DNA of 64,000 bases from Amoebidium appalachense. Taxonomy: Eukaryota; Protista; Ichthyosporea. The notes under the pieces were generated by a model that searched no databases, was not told the DNA's origin, and worked only from the letters and a program-made list of their open reading frames with translations. The position numbers and the translations under genes were made by a program. Shown piece after piece: positions 17,626 to 32,217 of this stretch. Within the stretch, counting starts at the first letter, position 1, and the number at the start of each line of letters is the position of its first letter. The stretch covers positions 6,710,713 through 6,774,712 of the forward strand of contig CAVNZM010000013.1 of NCBI GenBank assembly GCA_963693365.1. The letters are read 5' to 3'.

Positions 17626-18338
17626 ACAGCAAACAAAACGTGGCACTCGATTGGCTACGCACGCACCAGAGTTTAGGAAGATGCATGAAGGGAAATTCTG
17701 CTGCTTACAAAATCCCGGACGCCTCCCTAAATGTAGGTAGGCTCATGCCCAGGGCTCCTAGTTCGTTTCTTTTGGTTCTTTTTTTTCGTATCACCTTTTC
17801 ACATATATTTTTATGCAGGTAAGCTCTATGATTGTAAACACGAGAACGATCGAGCCGCTGACTTGAGTACGCTGTCCGACAGCTTGTACACAGTGGGAGG
17901 TCTCGGGGGATCCATGTCTCGGCTTGCTCTAAAAAACGCACGGTGCCCGGTGCGTGTGTGCGTGCGTGTATGATGTGTGTGTATATGTGTGTGTGCACGT
18001 GTGCCACGGTGTGTGTGTGGGGGGGATGGTGCGTGCGTTTGTGTGTGGAGAGAGAGTGTGTGTGCGTGTGTGTGTGCGTGCACATGTGTGTGCGTGTGCG
18101 TGCGTGTACGCGTGGGTGCGCATGTGCGTGTGAGCGAGGGAGAGGGAGAGGGCCTGGGGGAAGAGGGGGAGAGAGGTGGGGGGGCGAAGGAGAGGGGAAG
18201 AGAGAGAAGGGGAGGGGGGGGGGGGAGGGCGGAGAGAGGGAGAGGGGGGGGGGGGGAGAGAGAGAGAGAGAGAGGGAGAGAGAGAGGGAGAGGGGGGGGG
18301 AGGGAGTCTCAGAGGGAGGGAGAGGAAGAGGGGGATAT

Positions 18339-18373
<35 letters not shown>

Positions 18374-18704
18374 GAGAGAGAGAGAGAGAGTGTGTGTGTG
18401 TGTGTGTGTGTGTGTGAGCGAGAGGGGGAGAGAAAGCGTGAGAGAGGGAGAGAGGGAGAGAAAGGGGGAGACGGAAAAAGCGTCGGAGAGAGAGAGCTAG
18501 AGAGAGAGGAGACTGATTGGTATTCGTGTACGTATACCATTACCAGTACAACAGGGTATTCCGCGGCCGAATTTATTGAACCAGGTACAATAAGCAATAA
18601 TGTTTTCAAAATGAAAAAGTTTCAAAGAAGGGAAACATTAGTAACTTGCGGCTGGTAGTGGCACCTTCCGTTCTTTTCTTTCTTTCCTTTTTTTTTTTTT
18701 TTTT

Positions 18705-18754
<50 letters not shown>

Positions 18755-19486
18755 CGGGTACATAGCCTAGTTAGGTGCATACAGCTTATTGGCACAATTC
18801 GCTTGTGGCACGTACCATGCAGTGGTGTGGGCCTGTCTGGGCCTGTCATGGTGTGTGTGTGTGTGTGTGTGAGGTACACTCTGCGCGTCAGTCTCATGTG
18901 TGTGCTTGAGATGTGTGTGCTTTTCGTAGTCATGTTGCCACGGTGTGTGTGACTGTGTGTGTTTGTGTACTGGTATGTGCAGATTTGCATGGGTTCTTCG
19001 TTGCACTTGATTCCTTTGTGTGCAACACGCGTGCCGAAAAATGGATGGCTGGGCCTCGTGCACCAGGGAAAGACTTCGGTTGGGTTGCAGAGCTTGTATT
19101 ACCTATGATACATTTGTTGAATGTTTGTTGTTATTGGGTTGCTCTTGCTCCGGGCAAAAGACAGAGGGGGTTATACCCTGTAGTACCGTTCCCTCATCGT
19201 AAATGCAAAAAGACCGAAATTTCATGTATGTACATACATAGCCATCACCAGTACGCAGGATTCATCAATAATTATTGGTTTTTCTTGCCAGAAAAAACGG
19301 AGACATTCACTTCTACGTCCTGCTCACACCCACGTGCTAGTTACTAGTCACTCATAGTATATTCGACCGGGGGAGATGATATGCATCTCCCCATACATAA
19401 ACACTCCTTATCCGCCATAGGCATGATTTCGATCAGAGTTTCAACATTTTCTCCGTGTTTGTAGGTTATACCGAGCGGGTACTGAC

Positions 19487-22400
19487 CTAGTTCTTACCGA
19501 GCTCCTGCTCGAAGTTGTACACGTTGAAGGCAGTCTTCTGTGCCAGGTTGTAGATTTCGATGAAGCCGGCAGACGCGTTCTGGTTGAAGGTGGCGTTCTG
19601 GAAGGGGAAAAAATATTCAGCAATTCACGTATATAGAAATAGCTGATCTGCCATCTACCAAATCTGCCCCCCCCCCCCCCCCCCCCCCCAACACACACAC
19701 ACACTATACATGCAATACACATACACCACCGTAGAACAGACAACAACCTATCCACCCCCCCCCCCACACACACACACACACACACACAAAACCACCACCA
19801 CCACCACACTCGCCAACTCATCACTATGCATACACAGACACCCCCACATACACACTAATACACACCTTCTCGAATGTGGCGAGGTTGCTGTTGAACAGAG
19901 AGTAGGGGGACGACAGGGCCACGACAGTGCACTGGCCCTTGTAGAGCTTCACCTTGACCGTGCCGGTAACCTTCTTGTTCTGGCTGTTGATGTATGCGGC
20001 AATGTGGTACAGGGTGGGGTCGTACCAGCGGGCGGCATACGTGAGGTAGGCCCACTTGGTGTCCATGAACCGCTTGAGCTCGTTCTCTTCGCGGGTGCTC
20101 ACTAGTGGGTTAAGTGGGTGGTTAGTATCAGTTTGGTAGTGTTTTGTTGTGTGTTGCGGGTGCTCACTAATGGGTTAAGTGGGTGGTTAGTATCAGTTGG
20201 GTAGTGTTTTGTTGTGTGTGTTTATATGGTTGGCCTATGGGCGTGTTTGTAGGCACGTGAGGACGTCATCATGTACGAGCATGTGCCTGTACATGCGTGA
20301 CGGTGCATGTGTGCCTCCTGTGTATGTATGTCGGTTCGAGTGTGTTTTGTATGCACTTGGCACTCGTGTGTGCGTAGGTATGTGCATTTGTGAAGTTGCA
20401 CAATGTGTGTAAGAGAGTGTCTGATTATGTGCACAGCGATTGTACAGCCTAGCAAGCGAGGGAAAATGCCAGCAGAGAAGAGGTAGGTGTGTGTGTTGTG
20501 TGTGTGATGGGGGGGAGGGGGGAGGGGCAGCAGAACATATACATGGTGTGTGGTGCTGTTTGCATGTGGCCAGGAGGGAGGAGTGCATGTGTGTGTTTGT
20601 GTATGTGTTCTCTTTCTTTCTTCCTTTTTGTGTGTGCGCGGGGGGGGGGGGGGGGGGGGGGGGGGGGGAGAGGTTGAATGCGTCCTAAATTACCAAGTAC
20701 ACATGAACAACGGATAACACGATGCAGAGTCAAAACCATACATAAAGAGTATGCATGATAAGCAGAGCCCAGCCTCAGGGGGAGGGGATGAATACACACC
20801 GAGCTGCTCGAGGTTCTGGTGGGCGGCAATGAGGATGGTGGCAGCCGGGTTCTCGTACACACCCCTGACCTTAAGACCAACGAGACGGTCCTCGATCAGG
20901 TGGAACACACCCACACCGTGCACACCACCAACTGCAGGGGGAAATGCGGGTTAAAAGACTGTCACCATGCATACTATGCTCTCTGTTGCTCCTCCTCCCC
21001 CACCCCCACCCCCCCCCGTCCAGGCCCCTTTCCCCCTTCTTTCCCTCCGTCACATAGAGACACACAAGTCCCCCTTAGCAAGACACGAGTCAGATAGGGT
21101 TGGGTGAGGTGCTCGGTCTCCCCTACCAACCAACCCACCTATTTTCAAAATGCTTCTTAAAAATTCAAATTGTATCTTCAAAATGCTTCTCAAAAATTCA
21201 AATCGTATCAAGAAAAAACCTGTACAAAAATAACAAGATCAAAGCCAAAGAAATCCTTAGGAAAGTCCCCCGAAGCGAAGCATGTCCAACGTTAGGATCA
21301 TGTGGAGAGTCATGATTGCCTTCCTTTACACCTCACCCAACCCTATCTGCCCTAAAGTATCATTGCTGGTAAACTAATCCACCCGAGGCGCATGTGCAAT
21401 ACGCACTTTTGTTTGCCTTGCCGATGAGCTCAGACAGCTTCATCTTCTCGCCGTTCAGTGCCACGGGCACACCCTTCTCGAAGGTAATCTCCACAATCTC
21501 GGCGGCATCCGGGGCCTTCTCCGGGGTGTTGCACCACTGGAGAATCTTCTCCAGGGGGGGGATAAGCTCGGGGTTCTGGAGGGAGGGAGGGAGGGTGTTA
21601 GCGACTGACAAAATGGAACATGTGTGTGTAGAAGAGAGAAAAGGGAGCAGGGGATGGAGAGTCTGAGTCTATCGGGTGGCATGAGGGCCAGGAGGACAGG
21701 TAGGTGGAGTGGAGGAAGGGGGAAGGAGGGGGGGGGGGGGGGGGGGGGGAGAGGGAGGGAGGAATAAACACTCGACTCACCTCGATCTCACCGCCCTCGC
21801 CTGTGTTGCTCCACATGTTCTCATCGTACGAATAGGGCGTCTCCTTCTTCTGCTTGACGGGGATGTTGTGCTCGGCAGCATACGCAAGCTCCTCCTCACG
21901 GCCCATACCCCACTCTCTCACGGGGGCAATGGTCTTCATGTTGGGGTCGAGGGTGGTAATGTAACCCTCGAACCGCACCTGGTCATTACCCTTGCCGGTG
22001 CACCCATGGGCAATGACCTCGCAGCCATACTGCTTGGCAATGCGCACGGCAATCTTGGAGATCATCACACGGCCAAGGGGGCAGCCCAGAGCATAGCCAC
22101 CCTGGTACTGGGCATTGGCTGTTTGGGGGGAAGGGGGGGGGGGGGGTCAGATATGTTGTGGAGAGAAATGAATGGGGGGGGGGGGGTGGGGGTGGGGGTG
22201 GGGGTGGAGATGGATTGGGGCACTCAAAAGACTAACATCGTGTGACAAGCCCAATTGGACGAAGAAAGGGAAGGTGCCCTTCCCCCGGGGGGGGGGGGGG
22301 GGGGGGTTTGAATGCGTTATAAAGTACGAAGTACACAAGAACAACGGATAACAGGGGGGGGGGGGGGGGGGGGCGGCAGGGGGCGGGGGGAGGGACGGGG

Positions 22401-22615
22401 GAGGGGGAGGGGGAAGTTGGAATGAAGGGAAGAAATCGGAAAAAGATAATGCAGAATAACAGCAAAGGTAAACGAGGGAAGGAAGGGGGGGGGGGGGGGG
22501 GGGGGGAGAAACAGTGCAAGGATGCAAAACACCATCCTTCAGCTTTATCAAGCAGCGTCTCACTCACACATCCGAAGAACACATCACTGGCCCTTACCTC
22601 CCCACCTCCGCCCCC

Positions 22616-22651
<36 letters not shown>

Positions 22652-23671
22652 ACATATACCCTTGATGGCTTCGGACAGCAGCACGTCGGCAAACTCATCC
22701 TTAGCATCGTAGACAATGGCCTCCTCTGCACCGAGCATGAGGGCCTTGGCCTTAATCTCATCGAGATTGTCTGCCGTCTGGCCAATGTCGATGGTCAGAG
22801 TGATGATCTTGCTGTTGTACTCCTCCTGGATCCACTTGAGCATCACGCTGGTGTCCAGGCCACCGCTGTACAAGAGCAGGCACTGTGATGGTGAAAAGGG
22901 AATGGTTAGTTGCGCCAGATTTGGCTATTGTCGAGTTTCAGGTGGGTATGTTGATGCACACACGTGTGTTTGATTGTGTGGGTGGGAGTTTGGGAAAGGG
23001 GGAAGGCGTAGGGAGGGCACACGTTTTGTATGAGCGTATGTGGGTATTTGGTTGAAGGAGAGAGGGGGAGGAGGGAGAGAGCGAGAGAGGAGGGGGATGA
23101 GGGGAGAGGCGAGGAAAGGGAGAGGGGGGGGATTTGTAGAGCGTAGAAAGCATTGAAAAGGGCTAACGCAACACTGTCGGTGTGGTACCGTGTCTGAAAA
23201 CAGGGCCTTTACTTGTCATGGACGAGAAATTAGAGAAGAAATGTGTGGCCGTGGTATGCTGTGTTTGTGTGTAAGACCCACCTGTGTGCCCCATGTGTGT
23301 GTGTGCAAGTGCTTGCAGGTGGTCGCAGTGTACTATGGCATATCGAACAATGAAATCTGTGCAGTGGTGTATGTGTGTTTGCTTAGGGTTGTGGTTGCTC
23401 GGGTGCACCTCTGGAGCGTGTATGAGCCAGCTTTCATACACGGTTACTTTTATGCCCTAGACAAATGAACACCCGGTGGAAAGAGAAAGCGGTACAAGAG
23501 CCTAAGGTGTCAGTGTAGATAACAGCTGTAAAACGTTGAAACATAAGGTGGTGAACACACCTTGGAGAACGAGCCCTTGCGAGCCTCGTGCGAAGCGACC
23601 TTCACGTAGGCATTGTGGTCAGAGGTCGACATGACCTGGGCCGGAGCCTCGTGTGCGGCAGCGGGAGACAT
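19487..23671 (-). CDS. ASS1: Argininosuccinate synthase (7 exons)
   Basis: LYSGGLDTS, AHGCTGKGNDQVRFE, YSYDENMW, EDRLVGLKVRGVYENPAA motifs. GT-AG exons at about 23561-23671, 22660-22882, 21781-22118, 21407-21575, 20800-20932, 19867-20102 and 19487-19597. Confidence 0.93.
21091..21349. mobile_element. MITE-like insertion in an ASS1 intron
   Basis: Perfect 21 bp terminal inverted repeats CAGATAGGGTTGGGTGAGGTG / CACCTCACCCAACCCTATCTG. Non-coding interior; no clear TSD. Confidence 0.55.
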
Positions 23672-26416
23672 TTTGAAACAACGTGTATGGGAACCTAAAA
23701 GATAGGCAACACACGGAAACTGAGGCAGAAAATGGGGAAGAGCGCCGTTTTAAGGGTGTGGCGAGCTATCCGATGCCGGTCGTCGTGGAGGAGGGCAAAT
23801 TGGAATCGGGCCATTGGAATGGAGATGAGCAAGCATCTTTTCGTTCAATTTTTTTTAATTCTCTTTTTTTCCCTTTCATATGTTTCATGAATATATCTTC
23901 TCTCTGTTTCTGTTCTTTATTTGACTAAATTATTTGCTTTTAGGAACTAATACCACTTGGCACTAGCCAGCCGAGACCTTGCTTTTTTGGCGACCGCGGC
24001 ATATTGGCCAATCATCATGTGCAAATCTTGATAGTGGTGATAGTACACCAATAGCAAAGCAACATATAATTCTGCCCGACCGTCGTCACCGGCTCAATGA
24101 TTATCTCTCATCGTGAGCCATCCAAGCAGCACGAAGTTCTGTTACTTGAGGCAGAAAAATAATATATAATTCCCTTATTCCTAAATTATATTAGTTCTCT
24201 GTAATTTTAGGTGGTTGGTAACCCTTTTTTGAGCTGAAATGTTGACAACAAGGAGATGACAACTACAGCCACATCACCTTGTTTGTGGCTTGGGGTCTAA
24301 AACTGGAAGCCAATCACTAGTCCGTTGCTAGATAATCGGATCACCGGTTTTAGCGATTCGTGACATTGTACACATGCACTACGTTTACGACCTTTGAGTG
24401 GAAGCCTAATAAATCGTAAGTGCTGGATATGATAATATACTACATACGTGCCCTATTTCTAAGAATGCCGAAAGGACAATGCCACCAGGGACTACAGCAG
24501 GTGACAGTCACTGACTTCATCGGATCGGATGGGGCTGTCTGATTGCGCAGTGCGCTCACCAATCATTGGTTATCCAATCATATTACGTCCAAAACAGAGA
24601 TCCACGTGATCTCCAACCCAATTGTGGCTATATAAGCACAGGGGCTGGCTCACCAAACTGCTCATTCTGCTTTCGCAAGATTTCGCAACATCAGATTACT
24701 TAGAGCGAACTAACATCACACACACTCGTAGAAAACCTTTGACTTTGACTTTGAGGATGTCTGTATGTTCAGCGCAACAATAAACACATTGAATGAAAAC
24801 GATTACAGCGGCTGATGATCATTGTGAACCAGGGTCGGAGGCACACACAGACAAACAAACATCTGCAGGGTCCGTCGGACGCGCACCGACACAAACACAC
24901 ACATGAACACACACACACATACATACACGCACACACACAAACACACACACGCACACACACACACACACCACATACACGCACATAAACAAGGAGGGTTTCT
25001 CGGACACACGCACAGACACAAACACACACAACACACCACAAACACACACACGTACACACGCACACACACACGTACACACATTCTAAAATGCGCATACACA
25101 CATCATGACACACAAAAACACACAAGCGCACACCCAACAATCATTATATCCATGCACACGCTGGATCAGTTGCCACTGTGGCACCTACACACACGTACAC
25201 CGTGGCCATGGCATACATGTGGCACCTACACACACGTACACCGTGGCCATGGCATACACAACACATGTGCGCAAAGTTTATATATCAATGATTCGATTCA
25301 GTCCGCCAGTGCTGGCACTTAGCTGTGTCATATACGCGCGCACGCACACACACACATACACACACACAGACACACTACACACTATTTCGAGCACGCGCAC
25401 ACCCACACCAACCAACCACAATAATGCCATGCACACAGAGGTTCATGCACTCCCTGAGCGACCGTCCAGTAGCACTGTAGGCTGGACACACCGTCGAGTG
25501 AATGTGTCCTGGACCATCCCAATAGTATAAACCAGCGCATATCAATCCCGCAATGGTATGAACCTCTATCTACCCATATTCTTTCCTCGATGTATGAACT
25601 TAATGCCTCCATATATCCATATTCATTCCATAATGGTATGAATCTACTTCTAGTATTAATCCCGCTGCACGATATCAGATCCCAGAGAGAGACACTTGTT
25701 GTACACGACTGTATCAGAGTTTTTAGGACTGATGTGTGTTCTAGATCTTTCTCGTAAACACACATATTATAATCTGGGCGGCCGGGGTTTTGGTGTGTGT
25801 ATAGGGGGTGGGGGGGGGAGGATGCCCTCAAGGCGAAAGGGTTGTCTCGTGTGTTGTGTGTGTGTGTGTGAGGGGGGGATATCATAAAGAAACAGGAATG
25901 CCTTTGGGGGGGGGAGGAGGGGACTCCGAGGATACCTCTACTACGTTTTTTTTTATCCTCTACGTTTTTTTTTGTGTGTATGTTTATGTGGGGGAGGGGG
26001 GGGAGGAGGAGGGGATCCCTCAAGAAACAGGAGTACAGTCGGAGGAGGAGGATACCCACCCTCAAGGGAGAGGAGGGGAGTACCTCACACAATTTAGAGA
26101 GATGGGGGGAATGCTCTCACACACCTCACAAAGAGTTTCATGTGTGCGGGGCAATGGTCCTGGCGCAGGAAAGGAGGGAGGGAGGGGGGTATTATGGAGG
26201 CCTGGGAAGAGAGAGGGTATGCCTCCACTTCCAAAAGGAGCTAAACAGCGGGCAATATTACAGGATAATTGGTGGGCGGATGAAGGTGAAGGGGACGTTC
26301 TGGATAGGGAATGAGGGTATCCGGGTGGTCAGAGGTGTGTGTGTACACATATGTTTGCAAGTGTAAGCTACTGGAGGGGAGCGGTGGGGGATCTTAACGG
26401 TAATGAAGTTCAGAAT

Positions 26417-26450
<34 letters not shown>

Positions 26451-28088
26451 CACACACACACACACACAACGCTTTTTTGATTTTGAAACGGGGAGGGGGT
26501 AATAATAAGTGGGGGGGGGGGGCACCATCCCTCCACTGGCTAGGGGGAGGCAGGGAGGGGGAAACCCACCACCCCTCCGAATGGGTGGGGCCCATCCCCT
26601 GGGGGGGGGGGGGAAGCCACCACCACCCAGGGGGGGACCTACCCACAAAGACTAATATATCAGTGTGTATGTTGGATGTTAACTTGAAACTGATGATGAC
26701 GTTGGCATTAAGTCTTTCTCTATGCCCTGCAAAACACATCTTTTACTTCACAAGAGCAATGCCACAATGTATGTACAACAACACAATGAGTGTTAGGTAT
26801 GCAACCCCTCACCACAACCACCACCACACCCCATCATCCACCCCTACCCACCGTAAACACAACACACAACACTTCGGACATTCCACTACTGTAGATTGAC
26901 CAATGAGAGCCCGCGGTTAACGTTTATTAGTTTATTACTATGTCTTGAATGGAGGGGAGGACCAGCCCTTTCTACGCCTCTTAGAATCCCACTCATACCG
27001 AGACCGCGATTACTTGTTGCAACACTCATGACCAGTGACTTTCTCGATCATGTTCAGTGAAGCACACATGCACACGCAGACACTCGACGCGCGCGCACAC
27101 ACGCTCTCGCCAGGCATGCACACAGACTGCCGCAGGGCAAAACACTGTGGTGGCACACAATGATGCGCGCGCACACACGCACGAGTGCACATTCTGAATC
27201 CCTTTTTTTTCTCTCTTACTGAGTAACCTTATTTCCCCTCCCCCTCCCCCCCCCCCCCCCCCCCCCTCCCTTCCCCCCACCACCACCACCACTCCGCCCT
27301 CTCTTTCGCTCTCTATCCTTCCCCACCCTTTCCCCCCCCTCCCCCCCCCCACCTCCTCCCCTGTTAAAATGATGTCTGGCGCAAGTTCATCCATCATGAT
27401 GCATCATGCGCCACATGCAAAACAACAGAAACACACACATACGTATACCGTAGGCAATGTAAACACACATGACACGGAAGGCACAAGCATGCATGATGAT
27501 GATTAGATGATTTGTGCCAGATATTTTCAAAAGACTCTCAACCACCGTGGAGCATCCGACGGAGGCTTCCGCCGGACTCCCCGGAGAGGGGGGGCAGGGG
27601 GAGGGGGGGGGGGGGGAGGGGGTACCCACCACCCCACCAAAGACATGGGTTCCCCCTGCCCCCGGAGAGGGGGGACGCACCACCCCAGTGGTCAGCTTGT
27701 GTGTGTGTGTGTGTGTGTGTGTTGGGGGGAGGAAGGGGGGGGGGGGGGGGGGGGGGGGGGAGGGGGGGAGGGGGGGAACCCACCACCAAGGGAGGCCTCA
27801 CTGATGATTTACTACTGCCCACCCCCCCATCCCGAATTCAAAAAAAGCCCAAAATGTTCAATTGCAAGACGTGAACCTAGCAGTAATCTGAGCATGATTT
27901 ACTCTCGGATGCAGTGCTGTTGCAATTGATGACTTGGCCCCCCATAGGCCATGAGATCATGGACCCTGCTAATTATGCTACGAATAATCTTCGGGCGGGC
28001 ACTCGAGCTATTCACTGTTATGTTGTCCGTTATAGATGTGTAACTTCATTCAGAATTATTCTATCACATTTCTCAGACCTCCCCCTCT

Positions 28089-28126
<38 letters not shown>

Positions 28127-28214
28127 GGCCCGGCTCACTGGCCCTTCTACACTTCAGGGCCTCATATGTTTATGCACATTCCACAGTGGTCTGACTTGCA
28201 TGTGACGTTTGCTA

Positions 28215-28697
28215 TGGGCCTTAGCCTCTATAGCTCGCAAATCGATCGGTCCAAAATCCCCCCTTTTTGAGCGATCGTGGTATGAGAATGGAGCATGATA
28301 TTCGGGAAATTTCAACGCGGAAAGGGAGCTAATGATGTGCACTTTAAAAGTGCCCGGTTACTTTTTTTCTCTGACAGCAAAAACATGGTGAAAATTTGTA
28401 TTGAAAATTAAATTTTTCATATGTAGGCCCAAAATTGGCCGCCCAACCGTAACACATAGAAGGAGGGGTATTAGACCCATCAATATGGGGTGCAAAATGC
28501 TCAGCTCGCCAAGCCAAGGTCAGTCTCCGGAATCAGATTTTCAAAAAAGTTTTCCGTTCTCGAGATATTAACACTTTTCCAATCGGACCCCCCAGCTTGA
28601 ACCCCCACCATGAAATTTAGTTTGCGACCACTCAGGTGCATCATGTGACGTGCACTACGGACCCGCGCGCGCGCGGGTCCGTGTGTGTGTGTGTGTG

Positions 28698-28736
<39 letters not shown>

Positions 28737-28802
28737 TACATGTATATGTGTGTGTGTTTGTGTGTGTGTGTGTTTGTGTGTGCGTGTGCACGTGTGTACA
28801 CT

Positions 28803-28853
<51 letters not shown>

Positions 28854-28869
28854 ACAATGTCTGTACCAT

Positions 28870-28904
<35 letters not shown>

Positions 28905-28919
28905 ACAATGTCTGTACCA

Positions 28920-28975
<56 letters not shown>

Positions 28976-28976
28976 C

Positions 28977-29039
<63 letters not shown>

Positions 29040-30288
29040 TGGCCTAGGGGGACATGCAACATTGAGGATTCACAAGGGCCGGTGGATTTGCCCAGTGACC
29101 AACTTAATTACTAATGGCCAGAAGGGAATGTGCTGTGTTCGGGTTAATCCCCACTTTGGCACGATTGAGAACAGAGACAGCACCGGGCCCACACGGCACA
29201 CCCAACTTTACTCCCCACCAACCTCCAAGAGGACTTGACTAAACACCCGTCTATGCCCCTTGTATTTCTTTGCAGCATAGGCTGCAGCAAGGCCAGTAAG
29301 CCCACGTGTGTAAGCATCCATAAAACGAAAAGCCCTACGCGCATATTTACGAACCAGAGACACTGGTATGCCATCTAAAGCAGCAGGCACTGCCTCCCGC
29401 AGCTCAGCTATTTTATAAGACACCTTAAGCCTAAGAATACGCTTGGATTCACCCCAATAATACTCTATGTAGTTAAGCTCACAGTGATATTTAGGATAAA
29501 ATATGCATTCATGCCCGGCCTCTTCTATTACCTCTTGCAACCAAGGGTTTTGCTCTGCAAAATCAGGCTGTAGATCTAGAATACGTGTAGCACAACACTT
29601 GTCTGCAGTGCATGGGGGTCTAGGAACCTTATTAATAATGTCCTCTTGGCTACTTGGATCAGGACATTGCATGATCAAACGCGAAACATCATAGCCCCTC
29701 TCTTCCAAAACCTGTTTCATTCCCTTCCCCAGTTTAACATCTCTTTCACCCACAACCCTTTCTTTGCCGTCTGGCCCCTTTTCCTTTACACGTTTATTGT
29801 TACATGTTTTGCATGTAATCAGCAAGTCACCCCCCTCCTCACTCCCCCTTCCCCACCACGTCTATTTTACATACAATTGCAAACACATGCGGCTTCGCTC
29901 GTGCGTGGTTTGTGTGGAACGTGTTAGGCAGGCCACATGCATACTCGTGTGGGACATCCACAGACACCTCAGAGGCTCCCCTCGACAAACGGTGATTAAA
30001 CACACACAGACACACTCTTCGCACCCAGCTTGAACATAGCCGGCCAGGCGGGCACCGGGGCGGGCAGCGAGCCAGGCCATGTCGAGTCGGGTCGGGTCGG
30101 GCCAAGCGATGACCCGACCCGACCTGAATTGATTGGGGTCCGAAATTGGCCAAAAAAATTTATTGCGGCAATCGACGCGTCTCGTCGAGCTGGTTCGAGC
30201 CACCGTTTCGGATTTTTTTTTCGATTTTTTTTTTTTTTTTTTTTTTTTTCGCGAAAAGTTTTTTGCGCGCTATAGAGACTAAGGCCCA
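28215..30288 (-). mobile_element. Tc1/mariner(IS630)-like DNA transposon, internally deleted
   Basis: About 27 bp TIRs (TGGGCCTTAG(C/T)CTCTATAGC(T/G)CGCAAA) flanked by TA on both sides. Contains a transposase fragment. Confidence 0.8.
29208..29825 (-). pseudogene. C-terminal fragment of DDE transposase
   Basis: FYPKYHCELNYIEYYWGESKR motif typical of IS630/Tc1-like eukaryotic transposases. N-terminal part absent. Confidence 0.78.
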
Positions 30289-31500
30289 TAGTACACAAAT
30301 ACCCTACTCGATCGCGATTCGCAAGCCTGAGTCACGCGTTTATGTGTGTATGTCACATGGGTGCCATGCATGCTCACAGACACATCGGTCCCGTGTACGC
30401 GCTCATACATAAGTGTTCGTGCGAGAATCGAGTACGGGACCGATGTGTTTGCGTACAAAGTGCCACACATTTGCTGAAATCACACGGTATAGCGCTATAT
30501 GGCACACATGTACATACTCCTTTCACATGACCAACGGGAACTTCAAGGGAGGCGTCCGGGAGGCCTAGGGGGTTGAGCCTCGGGGGGATAATATATGCCT
30601 AAGTTGACCAAAATATAGACCGTGAAAACCCTTGTGACCAAAAGATAACTATATATGTTTTTGAGGGGAGTGAGGGTTGCTGCCCTGGGGGAGAGGGGGG
30701 ACCGTGGACCGTGGGGATCAAAGAGATAAGGCACATGCAAGTATGCAACAAAATCAAAAACCATCATCCGGCGCGCGGGGGATGGGGGTGAGGGCGCAGC
30801 GGGATCGAGATCTCTAAACACAGACCACACTGCAACGGGTTTGAACTGAGTGGGGTTGTGTTTTGTAGGCTTCACTACTGATAATGGTGATTTTGACAAA
30901 CACGTGAGGCATGAACTCAAAAATATCGACTGTGTGCTATAGATAATGTCTCTTAGTTTAGTTTTGCTAAACTGAAAAACGTAGAAACGGGCAGAGGTGG
31001 TCAGATAACTGAATCCTCCACACAAAACTATCCCGTCTACAAGGCTAATTAGCAATATATGTAGGTATCTGCATAATCAGAGTGCCAAAAGACACCGCAA
31101 TAATCACGTTATTGTAAGACGTTATAAGCATCTATCAGCTAGCACATAACTGAATAAGACACAGATCTTGGATATCAACATGTCAAGCAGACACTAGTCG
31201 GGAGGATAAAAGAAGAAACAGCAAACCAGTGGTTTGCTCCTATCACAAAGAAAAGAAGAGCAGGAAAAGGCGCGGATAATAGACAAGGGGAGAAGAGACA
31301 AGAAAAGGTAAAAATAAACGAAAAAAGGGAATCTAATCACCATTACAGAGAAGGTGAGAGCTTATAAACCCTGCTAAAAGCCAACCAGGAGACTATACCT
31401 GAGTGCTCCCATGTCTGTGTGCGTGTTTGGCACTGCAACCAGAGTCTATGACGATAATCGACACCGGTTTCTAACATCCTACCAATACTAGGGTTTTAAC

Positions 31501-31541
<41 letters not shown>

Positions 31542-31723
31542 AAAAAAAAAAAAGGAAAAAACCCCATTTTGAATTAGCTACAACAATATCTTTTCCAAGG
31601 TACCCATGGCTATCACATCATTCTCCCCTAACCCCACATACCTAACCCCCCCCCCCCCCCCCCCCCCCCCAAACATACACAAACACAAAAACAAAAGTAA
31701 AAATCACACCGCGACAGTCCCCA

Positions 31724-32149
31724 CTACGACACGCTCATCGTCTCGACAAAATACCTCATCCTCTCCTTCTCCGCATCATCCCCCCACTGCGCCGTCTCGT
31801 CGTGTTTCTTGACGTGCCTCTTTAGCTGCCACGCAAGAGTAAAAGACATACCGCATCCATCGTGCGTGCACCGATACATCTTCTGTGTGTCGTGAACCTT
31901 GCTCACGTGCGCCTGCAAAAGCTCCGGGGTTGAGAATTCCTTCTTGCATTCCGGGTCACGGCACCGGAAAGTCTCGATTCCGTGAACCTTCATGTGCAGT
32001 CTGAGGGCTGTTACAGTGGAGAAGGACACGTCACAGCCATCCTCCTGGCAGGCATAGGGTTTCAACCCTGCATGGGTGCGGAGGTGCGCCTCGAGGTTCT
32101 CGGCACGGTTGAAGGTCTGCGTGCAGCCCTCGTGTGTGCACCTGCAGTG

Positions 32150-32180
<31 letters not shown>

Positions 32181-32184
32181 TTTC

Positions 32185-32217
<33 letters not shown>

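Noticed and set aside
25382-25760. Possible coding exon (MCVYEKDLEHTS...)
   Set aside because: No recognisable motif or linkable exons; cannot be supported.
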